Source of the DNA: Hyphochytrium catenoides
Lineage: Eukaryota; Protista; Hyphochytriomycota
Direction: 5' to 3'
Assembly (NCBI GenBank): GCA_900088475.1
Contig: FLMG01003138.1
Coordinates: forward strand, 6,679-70,678
Length of the DNA stretch: 64,000 nt
In this document: piece by piece, positions 58,436 to 64,000 of the stretch
How positions within the stretch are numbered: the stretch's first letter is position 1
Layout: every line of letters begins with the position of its first letter
Notes under the pieces: model-generated
Seen by the model: only the letters and a program-made list of their open reading frames with translations
What the model was told of the DNA's origin: nothing
The model's database searches: none
Translations under genes and position numbers: made by a program

Positions 58436-60200
58436 ATGGCTTCAGAAGTAGAAGCTACAACTCGAGCGGAAGAAATGGAGCAAGAGGAAGAAGATCCAAT
58501 TGATGCCTACATGCGTGAACTAGAGAAGGATGCCGTCAAACAAGAGAAGGTAAGGATGAAGAGGTTCTTTGTGTGAGGAAAGCGATCCTTGCAAGCGATC
58601 CTTGCTCATCCCGGCAATTCGAAGGCCGATGCGCAGTTTGACTTTAGCCGATCGAGAAGGCGACGACAATTAGTGGACACTTCTAACTTCCCTGGCTCAG
58701 AGAAAGAAACAGACTCAGAGGTAGGAGCCAGAAGCAGCTGTGTAGTTGTCCACTTTACACAGCTAATGACAAAATATGTTAGGTTAAGCGTGGCGGCTCA
58801 AGCACATTTATAGATCAAAGCGCAGTGGATGAAGTCGTCGATGCTGTGATGTCACGACTGACGCTCGAGGGTGAAGTCATCTTGTCCCAGCGTGGGGAGC
58901 CGGAGCCAGCGACAGTTGAGAAGCGAAAGGTGCTGACTAGTCTCCTGAGCTCCAGACCTGCAGCCTTCCTAGGTGCGTTATCAGTGTTGAGCCATGAGCT
59001 GCCTCAGCGTTTTATTGACCCTCTTTGTTCAGACAAATATGGCGGAGTTCTTGGACTCAATGAGCTCTCACACTTCAGTGGCACTTCCGAGACGGACATA
59101 GAGATATGGACTCGTCTCAAGAGACTCCGCCATCAGCTGATTCTGAAGACTAAGGATGACGAGCTACAAGATGGGACTAGCGGCAACGCTGTCGATGTAC
59201 GTCCTCAGCCCGTAGTCATGTTCTTTCCTCTGTTGCTGGCACGCGAGCTGACCGTTACTTCTAACTTGATGTACAGGCAGCTACGAAGGCACTAAAGCAG
59301 GCTTTGAAGGAGCATCACTCTAGCTTAGTTAGGAACAGGCGGTATCGGAAACTGCAACTGCTACTTGAGGAGAACCGCAGTGACCCGGACCAGTACTACT
59401 TCTCAGAGAAGAACATGCGGCAACGCGAGCCTGCACTGTATCACTATTATGTGGGGCAGTATACCGAGCACAACGCTAGTAGGGCAGCTTATTTGGGCGG
59501 ACGACAGGAGGTAAGTCGCCACTTACTATTGACGTTAGATATAACTTCTTCGGAAGTTGGGCTCATTATATTCTGAAAACATTCTGAAAACAGTCTGCGG
59601 CTCTTACTCCTTCTTAAGATGCACGGCTCTCTTCTTCGGAGTTTCCGCTAAGTCATATGGGTAACCTCTTTGCTTCCAGTACTGGAGCCATATACTTGAG
59701 AGCTATGATCATGAGGACCAAGAAGCCCGCCGGAAAGCTGCTCAGGAGAAATGGAACTGGAAGTCGAAGTATGAGAAGCAACAGGAACAAGAGGAGAGGA
59801 AGAGAGAAGAGGACGCCTTCGAGGAAGAATTCGACACGGACAGCGAGGAGGGTGAAGAAGCCGCCGCCGAGAAGGTAGGGCACGCTAGGTCTGTATCAGT
59901 GGAGTACATGTCGTGATACTCTTTCCATAGGGCGATATGATGAAAGGCATAGAGGAGGAGAAGGAGGATGAGCAGGAAGATGAACCTCAGGACAGGACAG
60001 AGGTCACACGGGAATATTTGGACAGTATGCGTTTCGCGTTGGTCGACGTTATGATGCAGCGATTTCTGTCAGGGCTTGACAAGGACTACTTTGACTATTC
60101 TACGGTTGACACTAATGAGGAGCTCGACGACATGGCGCTTTTGAACGGAGATAGAGAGGAAATGTGGTTTGATGATGAACCACCATCATCATCGGCTTAG
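58436..60200 (+). CDS. CCDC97: Coiled-coil domain-containing protein 97 (DUF2052), multi-exon
   Basis: PAAFLDKYG, VRNRRY...YFSEKNMRQREPALYHYYVGQY and MMQRFLSGLDKDYFDYSTVDTNEELDD...DREEMWFDDE. Confidence 0.9.
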
Positions 60201-60252
60201 CATTTATAGTATCAAAGAACGGGACGGACAAGTTCCATAGCAATGGAGCTCT

Positions 60253-62816
60253 TTACGCTGTCGGCTGCCGCCTGTTTGGCTTCTTTGCGCTACCTGGTGC
60301 TTTACTGCGGGGACCGCCGCGGTTAGGCGTTCCGCGGCTTAGCTCTTTTTGCGTTCTGGATTTCATTTCTTCCATACTTAAAGGGCCGTCTACCTCCAGC
60401 TCTTCCAAATGGTCCGCAGAGTCAAGATGGACATGCAACTTGGTATGGCCCTTTCCCTTATCGTCCACCTGCACTGTCAATTGTGTTGCTTGGCCTGGCT
60501 GATCTGCTACAGCCAGGTGGTATGCCGCCATAAGGTCTGCTACCTGGTGCTCTAGGAAGGTGAGGCAGTTCACAATGTTCGCCTCCGTGACGAGGTGGTC
60601 GTTCTGCACAGGGTGGCCTTCTCCGCCGCCTTGGGTTCCGGAAGATTGCCTGTCAGCCTCTGTTGCGGGGTTCACTGGGGGTTGGCTAGCTTCTGCCACT
60701 GTGCCGCCCAACTTTTCTATGATAGCAGTCAAATGAGTGCCATACTCAGCCAACTCTGTCCTTACGCCGTCAGCGGTGTGCTGCATCCAATGCAACTTAT
60801 CCTGCACTCTGGTGAACGGTAAGAAGCGCCAAGAAAAGTAGGATATCGAGATGCTTACTTGCTGCGTTTGAGCTTCAGGTCCATAAGAGCTTGGTCTCTG
60901 CTGTTCGATTGTGCGGTCTGGGTCTCATTCCATTTCTTCAGCTCTAAAGCCAAGTTGTTCTTCATCTCTTCTTGCTGGTCTATCTCCCTGTTAATATGCT
61001 GAACATAGTTGAAGGTCTTGTAGATAATATCCTCGTTCTCCAAGAACTGGCTCACTACTTGGTTTAGGTCGTTGATTGAGGAAAAGTCCTGGACATAGTG
61101 ACAAGGGCAAACGGCCGCTGAGGGTGAGAGAGAGTCATAAGGAAGAGAGGTGCGACAGTCTGACGAGAAGCATAGTCAGGCCGAGAGAGAGCTTACAGCT
61201 AACATCAGAGAGACAGAAGCTCTAAAGAAAATCTAATAGTCACAGCATCTTTTCCCGTCCTTATTGGACCTCTACCTTCAATAGACCGAAGACGTGCTCG
61301 TATGCTTCCAAGTGGCCGGTCATGGTCTCCTGCTCCTGCTTCTGCTCTTCCACGAATCCATCTAACTTCTTAACCTTGTCCCTCATCTCGCTCTCTTCTT
61401 CTGGGGAGTAGTTCCCTATTGGCTTGACAGCACCTGCCTCCTTGTTCATACCCACTACACCCTTGGCAGCCTCAGCAAGGTGATCTGAGTCGTGACGAAG
61501 CAGATGTGAGGAGCATAAGGTAAGTGCAAGTTTTAGCTTCGAGAGTAATGATAGCACCACGATAGGTATGAAAGAATAAGGAGACACTGAGGAACTCAGG
61601 AAGGCTCACAGGCTCTAGGACGAAGAGGGAGACTGTAGACCCAGCGAAGGGGGAGAGAAAGAGAGACGAAAACTCAAGAGAGGAAGGGCCAAGGCTGCCA
61701 GGAGACTCAGACCTTTGATCAATCTACGTTGGCTAACGATGAATTCCTCTAATTGCTCGACCTGGCTCGTGAAGGCTGCATTTTCCTCCTTTCGCTGCTC
61801 TTCCACACTCTGCACATTTTGTACGAACTAGAAGCCAGAGTACATACAAGGGAGAGGAGAAAGAGAGCAGACGTTATGACCGACGAAGGAAGAGGAGAGA
61901 GAAAGAGTGGTAGCTATTGAGATATACTACTAGCTCTCCCGGCGTAGCTTTCCATTACATGCCGAGGTCAACTGGCACAGCTTGAGAACAACCCTTACCC
62001 GTTCTTTCTCTTCGAGGAGGCGATTCGAGGCGGCCATCACCTGCTCAACCTCCTCAGACTTCTTTCTTAACTCAGCCTCAAGCTTAAAAAGTCNNNNNNN
62101 NNNNNNNNNNNNNNNNNNNNNNNNNNNNNNGAGAGAGAGAGAGAGAGAGAGAGAGGCATTAGGCTTATATTTGGAACGACCTTTCTCTCCTCTCTATTAC
62201 TCTACTACCTTTCGGAACTGCGTGTTTGCTGTCAGTCGTTTCTTTCTCAACTTGACAATGTCTTCCTTGAGAGCCTTGTTGGCGGCCTCCGCTTCATTCC
62301 TCCGTATCAGAGATTTGTTGAGCCGATTCTCCAAGATAGAAATCTACGGCGTGGGGTGTTTGAGGTTAGCGATATGCTGAGCTTTTTAATCTGTTGGTTG
62401 GTGATTCACTGTTCGGCACACGCAGAAAGCAGGGACGTCTTCCAATGGCAACGGCTAACGCAGAGCCAAAGGAAGTAGACTGGCGGAAGAGCCAAAGAGG
62501 TCAGGCTTGAAGAGAATGAGATCAAGGTTATTTCAGCTTGGAAACTCTGACGCCCGTCCCGAGGGTTCGGACTAGTTACCTCTTTCTTCAGGTTCTGATT
62601 AGCCTGCTTGGTGGCATCTATCCCTCCGGCAGTTCCAATGCCAAAGCCACTGTCAACGCGCTTCCGTTGCTCTCTGTAGCTTGTGAGGCTGGCTCTTACT
62701 TCGGAAATCTGTTGATCGAGTTCTGCAATCCTTTGTCTGGCCTTGTCGGTGTTCCTTGTATAGACATCGCCTTTCTCCTGCAGCACCTCGACCTGTTCAC
62801 CAATTTTCCTGATCAT
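60253..62816 (-). CDS. ODAD1: Outer dynein arm docking complex DC2 / CCDC114-CCDC63 family coiled-coil protein (start tentative; N-gap inside)
   Basis: QFLENEDIIYKTFNYVQHINREID (family pattern FiexEd.Nf..FnYvnelN.Ei) and VTEANIVNCLTFLEHQVADL, within extensive coiled coil. Confidence 0.7.
62131..62154. repeat. (GA)n microsatellite next to an assembly gap
   Basis: A gagagaga run directly follows the N run at 62094-62130. Confidence 0.9.
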
Positions 62817-64000
62817 CTTTTTGTTGAGGCAGAAGTGCTATCGCTTTCCCTCTCAAGAAAATTGAGACCTCAAGGACTCCAGTTCCTCAGAGCTGGCTAT
62901 GAAACCCAATCTGAAGAGTCCAATGAGCTAACACGAAGCTGGCCCTATTTGTCTATGGCACTGGAGTCAAGCGATGATATTTCTCCTCTCTTCGTCCGCT
63001 TTTCTCCTTTCCTTTCCGGGTCCCAAAAATCTCCGTAATACATTCTCGCTTGGCTTCCNNNNNNNNNNNNNNNNNNNNNNNNNTCTCTCTTTTACTCTAT
63101 TCATCCCTAACATTCTCTGTCTCTCTCTCTGTGTGTCCACTCTTTCTGCGTGGCCGGCTCTCACGGTCTCTCCTTCTCTCTTCTCCGCTTCACTTCTCTG
63201 AAGGCTCCGCATCAGCATTCCTTCGCTCCCCAATAGCGAATGTAGCATGTAACCGACGGCCCTTATTCTCCTCCTTCTCTTCTCTCTGTTCGGCCCACTA
63301 CCGTTTTACAGTGTGGCTTCACTAAATATATTAATGTAAACCAGTATAAAACAATATAAACCCGTAAAAAGGCTTCACTCATTCTCAATTAAAAGCCCTC
63401 GTTGTCATCTACAATGGACTATTACGGTCTAAAGGCTTTAAGGGGTTTGTTGATGTACTCAGAATGGGGATGACAGGACTAATCCTTGAAAAAGGAAAGG
63501 AGATATGGGAGAAACGAAGCCAGCCTTTCCTGCTGAAGAAAAGAAGAGACCTACAGATCAATACCACTGAAGACGCCGAGTAGACTGAAGGCCAACAAGA
63601 AGGAAAAAAACTTCGTCACGCAGACAGCCGTACGCCAGAAGCACCCTCAATTCCCCGCCGCCGCTCTGTCATAAAGTGTCGCAAGTCAACCTCTACGTGT
63701 CGTACACTCTTCGCTATATCTTCCTATCGGTCGTCACCGCCTCAGCTCTCTTCTTACCATTCGACGCACGCTCTGTCAGCGGCCAAGAAGGATTCCCTTA
63801 TTGACCCCACCTCCGCTTGCATCTGCTACTAGTCGTTTGTCCCTTAGAACGATAGAAACCGGATGTACAACAAGCTTTCAGACAGCACCGTAATCTTCCA
63901 AGAGAAGTCCACCATTCACTACTTTGATAATCTGAACTTGTAGGGCTCTACACATAAACGTTGCTGTCCCGGATGATAAGCTACCTCAGCGCTTTGTTTC

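Noticed and set aside
63330-64000. Possible gene fragment at the window end
   Set aside because: I could not build a consistent exon chain or recognise a motif.
1-64000. Alternative genetic code, non-canonical introns, CRISPR arrays, rRNA or prokaryotic elements
   Set aside because: Every junction I reconstructed works with GT-AG introns and the standard code, and I saw no repeat-spacer array or rRNA. Most remaining short ORFs are antisense or intronic shadows.

Overview
Gene-dense, intron-rich eukaryotic nuclear DNA with short GT-AG introns, CTAAC/CTGAC-type branch points and four N-gaps. By recall, the WNK kinase and LRR sequences resemble oomycete proteins, and centriole/axoneme genes are present, so I infer a flagellated oomycete-related stramenopile. 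Splicing exons by hand gives 18 protein genes: bystin (5' end), LRRCC1/VFL1, an uncharacterised YNII-repeat protein, NDUFS4, WNK kinase, PHYHD1, CSN8 (missing from the ORF track), a large TPR-DENN-PH protein, RPP21/Rpr2, a PTEN/tensin-type protein, a group IV PLP decarboxylase, a Vti1-type SNARE, two related bZIP factors, a secreted LRR surface protein, APC10, CCDC97 and an ODA-DC2/CCDC114-like protein. The best leads are: (1) the decarboxylase has an atypical CFSGD active-site loop and an apparent N-terminal RIIa/Dpy-30 docking domain; (2) a ~500-bp-arm inverted repeat of pseudogene-like DNA with CpG decay could give hairpin RNA; (3) the two bZIP genes share an extra basic motif, have ACGT-rich promoters and carry imperfect XBP1-like stem-loops; (4) the LRR surface gene is built from symmetric one-repeat exons; (5) a tRNA-Leu-like relic lies upstream of WNK. 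All family calls come from motif recall, not database searches.
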